Assembly: GCA_020632515.1 (NCBI GenBank)
Contig: JACKFK010000012.1
Coordinates: 1 to 57,978, forward strand
Source of the DNA: Candidatus Omnitrophota bacterium
Lineage (GTDB): Bacteria; Omnitrophota; Gorgyraeia; Zapsychrales; Zapsychraceae
Reading direction: 5' to 3'
Length of the DNA: 57,978 nt
Below are positions 9,332-19,152 of this stretch, in pieces. Each line of letters opens with the position of its first letter. Within the stretch, counting starts at the first letter, position 1. The position numbers and the translations under genes were made by a program. The notes beneath the pieces are model-generated. The model was not told the origin of the DNA and did no database searches. It saw nothing but the letters and a program-made list of their open reading frames with translations.

Positions 9332-11067
9332 TATTTAATATCCTTAATATTTTGCGGTGTGAAGTCCTCACTCGCCCCTGGCACACTGTATTCATAGGGA
9401 CCACGGTAAACAACTGGCAATTCTTTAAAATTACCATGCCCCGGAGGTGTTGGTGTTTGCCATTCTAAAGTTGTTGATTGCCAAGGATTGTCAGAGTCCA
9501 CATTCTTAGGTTTAACCATACTCCACAACAAATTCAGAATAAATGGAATTTGCGCAAGCCCTAATATCCACGCTGAAATGGAGACAAATTCATTCATGTG
9601 TAAAACCCCCTGCGCATGAGCGTAAGTTGCCCCACCATCATAAAGTCGACGAGAAACACCCGCAAGCCCTTGCAGGAGCATTGGGAAAAAAATACAGTTC
9701 ATTAAAACTAATGTGGGCCAAAAATGGAGATGACCTAATAAATCATTCATCTTGCGCCCAGTAAATTTTGGAAACCAATAATAAATTCCCGCAAATAACG
9801 CAAAGATAACTCCTGGAGCAACAACATAATGAAAATGTCCGATCACATAATAAGTATCATGTAAATATACGTCTGGAGCAGCTAATCCTAGTGGTAATCC
9901 AGTTAATCCCCCCATAGCAAACATTGGAATAAATGCTAATGTGAAAAGCATTGGAATATTAAAACGAATTGACCCTCCCCAGAGGGATATTGCCAAGCAT
10001 GTTAAAACGATAACGGATGGGATTGAAATAATCATGGTTGTAGCTTGAAAAAAGGCGCTGATAGCGGTTCCCATTCCAGTTAAATACATATGATGCGCCC
10101 AAACAATGAAAGACATAAAACCTAAAAAGATAACAGAATACACCATGGTTTTATATCCCCATAAGGGTTTTCTAATATTATTCGCTAATATTTCAGTTAC
10201 AATACCAATAGCTGGTAAAAGAATAACATAAACCTCAGGATGACCTAAAAACCAAAATAAATGCTGCCATAACAAAACGCTTCCACCGCCACTAACTTCT
10301 AATGGCTGTCCACTGACTAAAAGACCACTTGGTAAAAAGAAACTGGTATGAGCCACACGATCCATTAATTGTAAGATCCCTGCAGCTTCTAAAGGAGGAA
10401 ACGCTAAAAGTAATAGGAGTGAAGTAATTAATTGCCCCCAAACAAAAAATGGTAGACGCATGAAAGTTAACCCTTCAGCACGCAGTTGAATAATTGTTGT
10501 AAGAAAATTAACCGCTCCTAATAATGATGAGGTAATCAAAAAAACCATTCCTAAAATCCATACAGTTTGTCCGATTGTTGCAAAATTTGCCAATGGTGGA
10601 TATGCTGTCCAACCTGAATTGGCTGCGCCTCCAGGTAAAAAGAAACTAACAAGCATTGTGAGCCCACCAACTAAAAAGACCCAATAACTGGCCATATTCA
10701 ATTTTGGAAAGGCCATATCAGGAGCTCCTAACTGTAATGGAACAATTAAATTTCCGAAGCACCCTACTCCCATCGGAACAACACCTAAGAAAACCATGAT
10801 CGTGCCATGCATGGCCCCAAGTTCATTATAAAAAGTAGGAACCATAACACCACCAGGAGCCCGATCTTCCCCGAAAAATTTGCCAATAAATGGAATTGCT
10901 TGTTCTGGGTAAGCCAATTGCCACCTCATAAGCATCATCAAAAAAAATCCAAAAAGCAAAAAGGATAAGGATGTAACACCATATTGAATTCCAATGGTTT
11001 TATGATCTGTAGAGAAAAGATATTTTTGCCAGAAAGGCAGTTTATGTTCGTGATGTTCGTTTGACAT
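9331..11067 (-). CDS. ctaD: Heme-copper oxidase subunit I, A1-like, K-channel Lys replaced by Val
   Basis: HGTIM, GAPDMAFP, GWTAYPP, GHPEVY, WAHH, HDTYYVIGHFHY, RR all present; helix VIII reads IPSVIV rather than IPTGVK. Confidence 0.93.
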   Translation of the reverse strand: MSNEHHEHKLPFWQKYLFSTDHKTIGIQYGVTSLSFLLFGFFLMMLMRWQLAYPEQAIPFIGKFFGEDRAPGGVMVPTFYNELGAMHGTIMVFLGVVPMGVGCFGNLIVPLQLGAPDMAFPKLNMASYWVFLVGGLTMLVSFFLPGGAANSGWTAYPPLANFATIGQTVWILGMVFLITSSLLGAVNFLTTIIQLRAEGLTFMRLPFFVWGQLITSLLLLLAFPPLEAAGILQLMDRVAHTSFFLPSGLLVSGQPLEVSGGGSVLLWQHLFWFLGHPEVYVILLPAIGIVTEILANNIRKPLWGYKTMVYSVIFLGFMSFIVWAHHMYLTGMGTAISAFFQATTMIISIPSVIVLTCLAISLWGGSIRFNIPMLFTLAFIPMFAMGGLTGLPLGLAAPDVYLHDTYYVIGHFHYVVAPGVIFALFAGIYYWFPKFTGRKMNDLLGHLHFWPTLVLMNCIFFPMLLQGLAGVSRRLYDGGATYAHAQGVLHMNEFVSISAWILGLAQIPFILNLLWSMVKPKNVDSDNPWQSTTLEWQTPTPPGHGNFKELPVVYRGPYEYSVPGASEDFTPQNIKDIK

Positions 11068-11076
11068 TCCTATCCT

Positions 11077-11799
11077 TTATTTTTTATCAGGTCGTGAGAA
11101 TGTAAAATTAATTTCTTTTGTTTCTCCCTCTGCTACTGTAAAAGAAACTCGCTGGGGATCTAGTCGCTGCTGCCAGGCTTCAACAACATAATCGCCCGGA
11201 GGAAGATTATCAATAGTATACTTCCCTTCCTTGTTTGTTGTCGTAAAGTATGGGTGCTTCAAAACAGAAACATATGTACTCATCCATGGATGAACATCGC
11301 ATTTCATTGGAAACATAAATTCTTCTTTTTCGAATATTTTTGTAACTTCTTTCCGAAATTTAGGCATGGCAAGGTTAAATTCAGGATTTATTTTACATAA
11401 GGCGTGAACATTATGAAGAGTTCCATCCGGATTGAGAATTTTTACTGGTTGACCAACCATTACCCCGACAACTGGAGGATCATACATACACCCCTTTTGA
11501 TCAAGGATAACAGGCTCACTGGGAGTAGGATAATTTTTGTTGGGAAGTCCTTCAACAATGTGAAGAAAAACAAATTCCATTTCCTTGTTCGGCCCCAAAT
11601 TAATTGTTTTAGGGTTTACGGCCCCATCATGTTTTGTTAAACAAATAGGATCCGCATCCATTTTAATTTCTCGCAATTTTGGCACTTCCCCCTCATAAAT
11701 GACTGTCCCAGATACGCTGGCCGCTAATGCTAAAGAAGGAAACAATAGTGAAAAAAATAGTAAAAATAAAGATTTATCATATTTCATATATAGATCCAA
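11077..11799 (-). CDS. Secreted cupredoxin-like protein with carboxypeptidase-regulatory-like beta domain
   Basis: Signal peptide; HNVH and CDVHPWM type-1 copper-like ligand set. Confidence 0.7.
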   Translation of the reverse strand: MDLYMKYDKSLFLLFFSLLFPSLALAASVSGTVIYEGEVPKLREIKMDADPICLTKHDGAVNPKTINLGPNKEMEFVFLHIVEGLPNKNYPTPSEPVILDQKGCMYDPPVVGVMVGQPVKILNPDGTLHNVHALCKINPEFNLAMPKFRKEVTKIFEKEEFMFPMKCDVHPWMSTYVSVLKHPYFTTTNKEGKYTIDNLPPGDYVVEAWQQRLDPQRVSFTVAEGETKEINFTFSRPDKK

Positions 11800-11832
11800 T
11801 GATAGTGGGGGTTAATATTAAGTAGTAGAAAT

Positions 11833-11861
11833 AAGTTACTATAAGCCTTTTTTGATGTCAA
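11833..11861 (-). promoter_or_regulatory. Putative sigma70 promoter for the oxidase operon
   Basis: TTGACA (11861-11856), 17-nt spacer, weak -10 TAACTT. Confidence 0.4.
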
Positions 11862-11983
11862 GATAAGTTTTAGAAATTTTAGAAGAGAATTTTAGAATTC
11901 TTCTGAAGAAAAGTCTTTATAAACATAAAACCTCATTATATTTTTATTCTTGTGCAAACTCTTAATTGATTTGACTAATATAA

Positions 11984-14317
11984 TTATTTTCCTTTAAAAT
12001 TAATTTCTGGTTCCACCATTCGGACATCAATTTGTTTCGCTCTTTCCACAAGCCCCAATAATTCTCGACGATAACCAAACTTATCATTATCTAATGAATT
12101 TTCAATCCCTTCAATTACAGAATCATACGAAGCATCAGCCTTAAAATCAGAATTTCTCAACAACAACCCAAACTCCGCGACTGCAGCTGCGAATTGAAAA
12201 CCTTTCAATGGATTTTCCGTAATTTGATCGGTACTTAAACTTTTTTGAACAAGCCTGCTTTTGTTCTCATCAACTTTTTTATAACGAAATTTTACTGTTA
12301 GAAGATCTGAACTGACAACAGCATCTTTCTTTTGATAAATCAAAGGATCCACATTATTAATTTCTTCATTAGAACTAGTTCGTATAATTTCATATAATGC
12401 CGTTACGGAATGCCCAGGCCCCAACTCGCCGGCATCTTTTGTGTCGTCATTAAAATCTTCTTTTGCCAGCATGCGGTTTTCATATCCAATAAGACGATAC
12501 GCTTTTATTTGCGCCGGATTAAATTCAATTTGTAATTTGACATCTTTAGCAATAGTAAATAAGGTTGAGCCCAATTCATGAGATAACACCTTACGCGCCT
12601 CGTTCTCAGTATCAATATAAAAATAATTTCCATTACCCTTGTCTGCAATCTTCTCCATTTTATTATCTTTGTAATTCCCTGTGCCAAACCCAAGAATAGT
12701 CAAGAAAATCCCTTTTTCACGTTCATCTTCAATTAGACGAATTAATTCACTATCACTGGAAATTCCAACATTAAAATCACCATCCGTCGCTAATATTACT
12801 CGATTATTCCCTTTTTCAATAAAGTTCTCTTTTGCGATCGAATAAGCCAATTGAATACCTTCTCCACCTGCCGTCGATCCCCCCGCTTGTAATGTTTCAA
12901 TTGCTATTAAAATTTTATCTTTCGCCGAACCAGGTGTTGATTCCAATACTATCCCAGCTGCTCCAGCATAAACAACAATGGCCACTCGTTCATTCTCAGT
13001 GAGATGATTAACTAACATGGTCAATGATTGCTTTAATAAAGGCAATTTATTGGGTTGATTCATTGAACCGGAAACATCAATGAGAAAAACCAAATTACTC
13101 GGGGCTAACTGATTCGCATCCATTACTTTTCCTTGTAACCCGATACGAATAAGATGATGCTCAGAATTCCAAGGACAAACAGCCGCATCGGTTGTAACTG
13201 AAAAAAGTTCATCTTCCTGTGGTTGGGGATATTCATACGTAAAATAATTAATCATTTCTTCAATACGCACGCTATCGACCGGTGGCATTTGATTGGCATT
13301 AAGATATCGTCGGATATTACTATACGAAGCTGTATCCACATCTATGGAAAAAGTTGATAATGGAGTATCAAGGACGTTTAAAAACCCATTTTCATAAATC
13401 CGATCATACTCTTCAGTATTCATTGATTCTTGATAACCAATAATCTGACGAAGATTGATTGTTTCTTCATATTCGCCTTGCTTTGAAGATTCCATTGGAG
13501 TAATCACCAAACCACCCACTACCCCTGGCTGAATAGCATCCACCCCTGGAAAACTTTGTCTTACACCTGAGGATTCGACCGTTTGTGCAGCTGGTATATT
13601 TCTTCTTACATCCTGCAACTTTCCTTCATGCGTCCTTAGATCTCGTGATTCCTCCGTGGGTTGAAACAGATCAGCTATATTTTCGTTCATTGATATTTTC
13701 TTTAAATCACTTTTACTCGCACTCATACCTTTATCTTTATGCAAACGACCTCGTTGCGTTATACTTTGCGTCTTTTCAGAATCAAGACGACGATTTAACA
13801 TCTCTTCCTGCGTTTTTTCTTTAGATTCAAACGTGAAGCTTTCATCAACAACACTTTTAAAGTGAATAGAAGATTCCTTTTGTCCCCGCGTTAATGTGGA
13901 GACACTATCTTTCTCAGAAATATTTTTCGCCGTGCCTAAAAATTCATACTGTTCTGTTTTAGGAAAAATAATTTCTTTTTGTGGTGTATCGACCTGTGTT
14001 ATTGTCTTGGAGATAAAAAGAATTAAAAACACAGTGACTAATACCCCACCCCCAACACCATATCGCGCAAATGATCGTGGCTGAGAAAAAAATCTTTTCC
14101 CGCTGGACCCCTTTTCCATTTTCTTCTCTAGATCAAACGATAATTCTTCGTCCTTCCATTGATTGAGCGTCATTGAAAGTTTACCTAATTCACTGTAATA
14201 CCGTTGGCATTGTGCACAATGAGTAAGATGCTCTTTCAAAATTTCTTTTTCTTCACTAGTAGTTTCATTATCTAGATCAGCGCAAATCAGCATTTTAAAA
14301 TCCATATGCTCGGACAT
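11984..14317 (-). CDS. Zinc anti-sigma (HxxxCxxC)-TM-vWA protein of YfbK type
   Basis: HLTHCAQC; one TM; STFSIDVDTASY, LIDVSGSM MIDAS, TDGDFNVG, DAGELG. Confidence 0.85.
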   Translation of the reverse strand: MSEHMDFKMLICADLDNETTSEEKEILKEHLTHCAQCQRYYSELGKLSMTLNQWKDEELSFDLEKKMEKGSSGKRFFSQPRSFARYGVGGGVLVTVFLILFISKTITQVDTPQKEIIFPKTEQYEFLGTAKNISEKDSVSTLTRGQKESSIHFKSVVDESFTFESKEKTQEEMLNRRLDSEKTQSITQRGRLHKDKGMSASKSDLKKISMNENIADLFQPTEESRDLRTHEGKLQDVRRNIPAAQTVESSGVRQSFPGVDAIQPGVVGGLVITPMESSKQGEYEETINLRQIIGYQESMNTEEYDRIYENGFLNVLDTPLSTFSIDVDTASYSNIRRYLNANQMPPVDSVRIEEMINYFTYEYPQPQEDELFSVTTDAAVCPWNSEHHLIRIGLQGKVMDANQLAPSNLVFLIDVSGSMNQPNKLPLLKQSLTMLVNHLTENERVAIVVYAGAAGIVLESTPGSAKDKILIAIETLQAGGSTAGGEGIQLAYSIAKENFIEKGNNRVILATDGDFNVGISSDSELIRLIEDEREKGIFLTILGFGTGNYKDNKMEKIADKGNGNYFYIDTENEARKVLSHELGSTLFTIAKDVKLQIEFNPAQIKAYRLIGYENRMLAKEDFNDDTKDAGELGPGHSVTALYEIIRTSSNEEINNVDPLIYQKKDAVVSSDLLTVKFRYKKVDENKSRLVQKSLSTDQITENPLKGFQFAAAVAEFGLLLRNSDFKADASYDSVIEGIENSLDNDKFGYRRELLGLVERAKQIDVRMVEPEINFKGK

Positions 14318-14892
14318 TATTCACCTTCCTTAATCAGGCTTTTAAGATCAACCCGCAATTGTTCGCGCGCCCGAAAAATTAAAACTTTTACTTTTTCTAA
14401 TGAACACCCCAAGATCTCACTAATTTCTTGATAACTCAAAGAATGATACTGTCGTAAAACAATGGCTTCACGTGACTCTGGTGCTAATCGTTCAATAGCC
14501 TCTTTTACATATTCGCGTTCTTCTTTAATCACCAAAGCTTCGTGCGCCACTTTTTCTAAATCAGGAAAATCCCACTCACCAGAAGAATCTAAATCTTTAT
14601 TTTTTAAGTTTGTGGAAACAAATTTCCCACATTTTCGTAACTGATCGATGCATCGATTTCGGGTAATCGTAAACAGCCAGGTGGAAAATTTAGCCTTAGG
14701 GTTATAGGTATATTTCTTAGCAAAAAGAGACAAAAAGACATCTGCCGTTACATCCTCTGCATCCGCCCTATTACCCAAATAACGGAGAGTAAAATTAAAA
14801 ACACGCATTTTATACCTTTGATAAAGCACTTTGACAGCTTCCTCTCTTCCAGATTGAAATTCCAGCATTATCTGTTCATCATTCTGCGTCAT
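14317..14892 (-). CDS. ECF sigma-70 factor (SigW-like)
   Basis: Region 2 (DAEDVTADVF, KFSTWLFTITRN) and region 4 (LSYQEISEILG...VKVLIFRAR); stop overlaps the anti-sigma start. Confidence 0.92.
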   Translation of the reverse strand: MTQNDEQIMLEFQSGREEAVKVLYQRYKMRVFNFTLRYLGNRADAEDVTADVFLSLFAKKYTYNPKAKFSTWLFTITRNRCIDQLRKCGKFVSTNLKNKDLDSSGEWDFPDLEKVAHEALVIKEEREYVKEAIERLAPESREAIVLRQYHSLSYQEISEILGCSLEKVKVLIFRAREQLRVDLKSLIKEGE

Positions 14893-14920
14893 AAACTTCG
14901 TAACAACCTTTCATGCTTTA

Positions 14921-14946
14921 AACGTTAGGAAGGAAAAAAAGTTACA
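14921..14946 (-). promoter_or_regulatory. Putative ECF-type autoregulatory promoter
   Basis: TGTAAC-16 nt-CGTT upstream of a GAAAGG RBS and the sigma gene; matches the AAC/CGT ECF pattern. Confidence 0.65.
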
Positions 14947-15020
14947 AAATATTTAATAAGGTGATCACTCAAATAATACGCTTATTAAAAAATTGATCGG
15001 AACGAAGACTAACTTTTAGT

Positions 15021-15437
15021 TTATCGATATTTATCATATTTCAAGCCAATATGATGCAAAAATGGCTTAAATTTACGTGAAGTTTGGAAGTGGCGGAATT
15101 CACACCCGCAGCGGTAGCAATTAATAATATAGGGAACGCGACGATGCAAAAGCCAATCGATAAGAGCAAAAACCGGTAAACTTAAACCATAGCTAAATGG
15201 TACAAGAACAATTCCAATCAGCATGACCAAACATCCCAAAAATTGATTAAAATCCTTAGAAAGATAAAACTGTCGGCATTGACAAATTGGACAGTAATCA
15301 AAAATATCGTCTGGATTAGTAATAGTTCCCCATTTTGTTTGACAATGCGGGCAGGTAAGCTCCGTTAGGGAAGGAGTAATGTCCAGTGAATGATATTCAT
15401 TACATTCTTGACAATACCGGGCAATCTCAGGGTTCAC
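15021..15437 (-). CDS. Cys-rich (four CxxC) 2-TM hypothetical protein
   Basis: CQEC, CPHC, CPIC, CYRC around a TM hairpin; 4-nt overlap with upstream gene. Confidence 0.75.
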   Translation of the reverse strand: MNPEIARYCQECNEYHSLDITPSLTELTCPHCQTKWGTITNPDDIFDYCPICQCRQFYLSKDFNQFLGCLVMLIGIVLVPFSYGLSLPVFALIDWLLHRRVPYIINCYRCGCEFRHFQTSRKFKPFLHHIGLKYDKYR

Positions 15438-16207
15438 AGCGGGATCCCAAATTTAATCAAATAATATTTATACGTAATATCGCCAATCAAGATTGAACAC
15501 AACAAAACATATAAAATTCCTGTTGTAGCCTGAGTATTTTTTAGTTGAAGCGTTCCATTAGCAAAAAATAAACCAATAAATGGAAATAAAGTTCCAAAAA
15601 ATAATCCAATAAAAAGAAGAAAGCCATCCATTGTCATCATAAAATGTAGCATTGTTATCGAATCACCATCATAAATAAGATTATGGGTGAAAATATAATA
15701 AACATTCCATAACAAACGCAATAGCAAAAATCCCCATAAAAGATAAACAGATCGAATTAAATGTCCTAATTTTAAGCCATGAACATTGAGATACCAATGG
15801 CCTAAATTCATAGCAAAAAGCGCGGCACAAAAAATAAATCCCGCAAGAATTGAAATAGTTATAGCTTGCCCGTTAGAATCCAATAAAAATTTTTGTAAAT
15901 AAATATAGGCAACACTTCCTAAAAAAGAAGAAATTGTTAGCGGAAGAACTTTGGGATATTCCCTACTCCAATAATATTTAGAAACACTCCAAAAACTAAT
16001 TTTCCAAACTAATGTCCCGATTTTTATAAAATTTGGATACGGGCCGACTAAAATAAAAACTAGACAAACTCCACCCACAAAGTTGGCCACACCAAGATGA
16101 AAGCGATGAAAATTATCGCGTAATGGCTCCTTAAAACTAATCCAAAAACATAATGGATAAATAACAGCAAAAAGATAACTTGTCAGAAGAGTTACTTGGC
16201 CAAGCAT
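15434..16207 (-). CDS. Polytopic membrane protein with LGHWYL motif
   Basis: About 8 TM; MNLGHWYL; 2 nt from the multiheme gene stop. Confidence 0.75.
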   Translation of the reverse strand: MLGQVTLLTSYLFAVIYPLCFWISFKEPLRDNFHRFHLGVANFVGGVCLVFILVGPYPNFIKIGTLVWKISFWSVSKYYWSREYPKVLPLTISSFLGSVAYIYLQKFLLDSNGQAITISILAGFIFCAALFAMNLGHWYLNVHGLKLGHLIRSVYLLWGFLLLRLLWNVYYIFTHNLIYDGDSITMLHFMMTMDGFLLFIGLFFGTLFPFIGLFFANGTLQLKNTQATTGILYVLLCSILIGDITYKYYLIKFGIPL

Positions 16208-16209
16208 AA

Positions 16210-19152
16210 TTACTGCGCCGGGCTTGAAGAATTATCTGAAGAGGAATTAGTATTTTTCTTATCAGAGAGTGTGAATAAATAGTTGCGCAATACTCGAATC
16301 TGCTTGTTTTCATCACCCTCCAAAATATCCGGGGGCCCGGAATTTTCATAATCTAAAGGATCAAAGAAAGTAGGCATCTTGGTTCCTGGCAGCAAACTTT
16401 GTGGATCTTTGATCCATTGAATTAACCAATCAGGACGAAGACGCGTTTTCGCCAAAGCTAAATTAGGCGCTAAAGTTTCTTCCGATGCCGCCGGAATTTT
16501 ATTGCCAACAACGTGACATTTTGTACAATCAAAAACTTCAGTAGAAAACATCAATTCTGCGGCTTTAAATTCGTCATTGCTCAAATTTGTATCCGGCTCT
16601 GTATAAAATGTGCTTTGCTCATCATCAAGCGTTGCAAAGAATTTTAGCAATTGATTCAAATGCGCGACATTAAAGCTATACGTAGGCATACGCGTTTTTA
16701 ACCAAGGTCGTACTTTTTGAGTTGGTTGATGAAGAAAATTAAAGAGCCAGTCGGGATCTAATTTTTTTCCAATTCCTCGTAAGTTTGGCGGATTAAATCC
16801 TTCATGAACTTTTTCAGCTTCTTTACTATCTCGTCCTTCATATTTAACTAACCAATCCTGAAGGGTTGGATAAATGGCCCCACCCTCATCTTGAATAATG
16901 TGACACCCTTGACAATTAAATTGAGCAACGATTTCTTGTCCTTTTTCTTTAAATAGTCTATCAGGTGTTCGCGCAACTTTTTTCTTTTCAACTCCTGAAT
17001 CTTTGGTGAACCCTAATAAAGCCGTAACCACAGCTTCTGTTTCTTGATCAGATAAATTAAAATTAGGCATCACCAATTTTTCATCCGGGGCTTTAACTTT
17101 ACCGTGATCAAAAATACGGGGATCTTTTAATTTCTGAGTAAACCAAGCTTCTTTGGTATGATCAATATCGTGAATAAATCCAAAGTCAAGATTATGTAAA
17201 GATTTACTTCCTTCTTCCGTTAACTCAGTACCGATAGGTTTACGATTTCCAAAGCCAGAAATATTATGACAAGAATAACAACCGTACTGCCCAATGAGTT
17301 TTTCACCAGAAAATAAAAGTTTCTGCTGCTGATTCATCGCTGCTAATTCAGTTGTTGCTTTTTCTTTTGGTAAGTTCTTTTTTAAGAAATCAAAGGCGAT
17401 CTCATTTAAAACCTTATCATCAATCATTGGACTTGTTTTACTTGCAAAATTAGTATTTGTATCCGCAATTAAGAAACTGGCAATATCAGCCGCCTCCTGA
17501 TCAGTCAAACGCAAATTAGGCATTCGTGTTTGCGGATGATAACGCTGCGGATCTTTAAGCCAATCAATTAACCATTCCCGAGTCGTTTTCGTACCGATTC
17601 CAGATAAAATAGGACCAAATCTTCTTCTGAGAGAATTCGCTGTTTCCGGCTGAGCTTGCGCTTCATCCTTAAGTTGGTGACAGGCCAAACAACCAACAGA
17701 ATTAACTAAACTTTCTCCATTAATCGGATTTCCCTTTAAAGAATTTACTTCTGCGGTAAACGCCTCACTTTTTGCAAATAGATAGTGTACAATCGCATGA
17801 ATTTCCTGCTGACTTCGCAACTTGGATTCCGGATCACTATTATTAGATTGATTAAAATAACTGGGCATCCATGTCTTATGGCGGAAAGATTGCGGATCTG
17901 CAATCCACTTATAAGCCCAAGCAGGTGTTAATTTTGAAGCAATTTGTGTTAAGTCTGGTCCAGTTTTGGGCCAATCTTTATATTTATCAATAACGTGACA
18001 ATTATAACAACCCGCACGCTCGATAACATCTAATCCTAAATTTAATTTGTCAGCCCCTTTAATCGTTGATTCTCCGCTATGACATTTAAAACATCCCGCT
18101 TGAACATTCACTAACGGCAACATTGGTTCTTCCCAAAGCTCTAACTTTTCCCAATCATATTTTTCAATCCATGCTTTCTTTTGCACCGCAGAAGCAGGTG
18201 TGTGTGCTGCGCGCGAAAAATCAATACCGCGACTACGTCCGCCATGACAAACCGTACAGCCAAATTCTTCCAAAGGATGCGGGGAATCATTACCAACAAA
18301 TAACTCTAAATTCGGATGAGTTTTAAAAGGCTGAGCTTCGTCTTTATAATCTGGATTACTAATCCCCAAATGGCAAGTGATACAACGTTCCACTTTTGGA
18401 ACTGTCATGAAATTGACATCGTCCCGGACATCTTGTAAAACAACTTGCTCTATTTTTAATGAAGGATTTGCTAAATCAATAACCGGAAGATTACGAACCA
18501 TCTGCGCCATTTGATTAACAAATGACATTTCCTGAGGGTCAATCTTATTTAACTTTCGATCGAGTAAATTCTTTTTTTGAACAAGCTGACGTTTTTCTTT
18601 TTGAAGATTTTCAAGTTCTTCTCCACAAGAATCAATAATCTTTTCTTTGGAAAATAATTTCTTATTAGATTCCTCAACTTGTAAATTTAAAGTTTTGGTT
18701 TTTTCATCCAAAGCGTAAAACTCAGTACTTGCCTGTTCCAGATTTGCAGCATGATGAGATTGAGCTGTTTCATAACGATATTTAGCCGCATCCATTTCCG
18801 CTTTAGAAAATTTATACTGCTGATTTAAAATTTCATTCTCAGCCTGTAATTTGGCTAATTCTTTTTCTAATTCTTTAAACTGACATTTTTGATCAAATGC
18901 CGCTTGCGCAGTTTCTAATTTAGCTAATAACTCCTCATATTCACCATTACTGGCGAGCTTTACTTCTTCCGCATCTTTCTTCACCCTTGTCTTTTCAATT
19001 TCTAAGGTTTGAAATTCAGTTTGGTATTTTCTCCATTCTTTATCGTTATCACGAAGAAAAACCATTCCTAAAGCAGAAAGCAAAACTAAACTTGCAATCG
19101 CAAAAAGAAAATTTAACTTATTTATATTGTAATGACGTTCGTCTTGTCCCAT
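16210..19152 (-). CDS. Membrane-anchored octaheme cytochrome c subunit of the Rieske/b complex
   Basis: N-terminal TM, coiled coil, eight CxxCH (CITCH, CTVCH, CFKCH, CYNCH, CLACH, CYSCH, CQGCH, CTKCH). Confidence 0.9.
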   Translation of the reverse strand: MGQDERHYNINKLNFLFAIASLVLLSALGMVFLRDNDKEWRKYQTEFQTLEIEKTRVKKDAEEVKLASNGEYEELLAKLETAQAAFDQKCQFKELEKELAKLQAENEILNQQYKFSKAEMDAAKYRYETAQSHHAANLEQASTEFYALDEKTKTLNLQVEESNKKLFSKEKIIDSCGEELENLQKEKRQLVQKKNLLDRKLNKIDPQEMSFVNQMAQMVRNLPVIDLANPSLKIEQVVLQDVRDDVNFMTVPKVERCITCHLGISNPDYKDEAQPFKTHPNLELFVGNDSPHPLEEFGCTVCHGGRSRGIDFSRAAHTPASAVQKKAWIEKYDWEKLELWEEPMLPLVNVQAGCFKCHSGESTIKGADKLNLGLDVIERAGCYNCHVIDKYKDWPKTGPDLTQIASKLTPAWAYKWIADPQSFRHKTWMPSYFNQSNNSDPESKLRSQQEIHAIVHYLFAKSEAFTAEVNSLKGNPINGESLVNSVGCLACHQLKDEAQAQPETANSLRRRFGPILSGIGTKTTREWLIDWLKDPQRYHPQTRMPNLRLTDQEAADIASFLIADTNTNFASKTSPMIDDKVLNEIAFDFLKKNLPKEKATTELAAMNQQQKLLFSGEKLIGQYGCYSCHNISGFGNRKPIGTELTEEGSKSLHNLDFGFIHDIDHTKEAWFTQKLKDPRIFDHGKVKAPDEKLVMPNFNLSDQETEAVVTALLGFTKDSGVEKKKVARTPDRLFKEKGQEIVAQFNCQGCHIIQDEGGAIYPTLQDWLVKYEGRDSKEAEKVHEGFNPPNLRGIGKKLDPDWLFNFLHQPTQKVRPWLKTRMPTYSFNVAHLNQLLKFFATLDDEQSTFYTEPDTNLSNDEFKAAELMFSTEVFDCTKCHVVGNKIPAASEETLAPNLALAKTRLRPDWLIQWIKDPQSLLPGTKMPTFFDPLDYENSGPPDILEGDENKQIRVLRNYLFTLSDKKNTNSSSDNSSSPAQ

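Noticed and set aside
9331-11067. Classical cNOR/qNOR
   Set aside because: It keeps the cross-linking Tyr (HPEVY), the A-type D-channel, a CuA subunit II and ctaA/ctaB.
16210-19152. Octaheme as HAO, tetrathionate or nitrite reductase
   Set aside because: No CxxCK heme; hemes are widely spaced with repeated MP ligands; the gene is coupled to cytochrome b genes.
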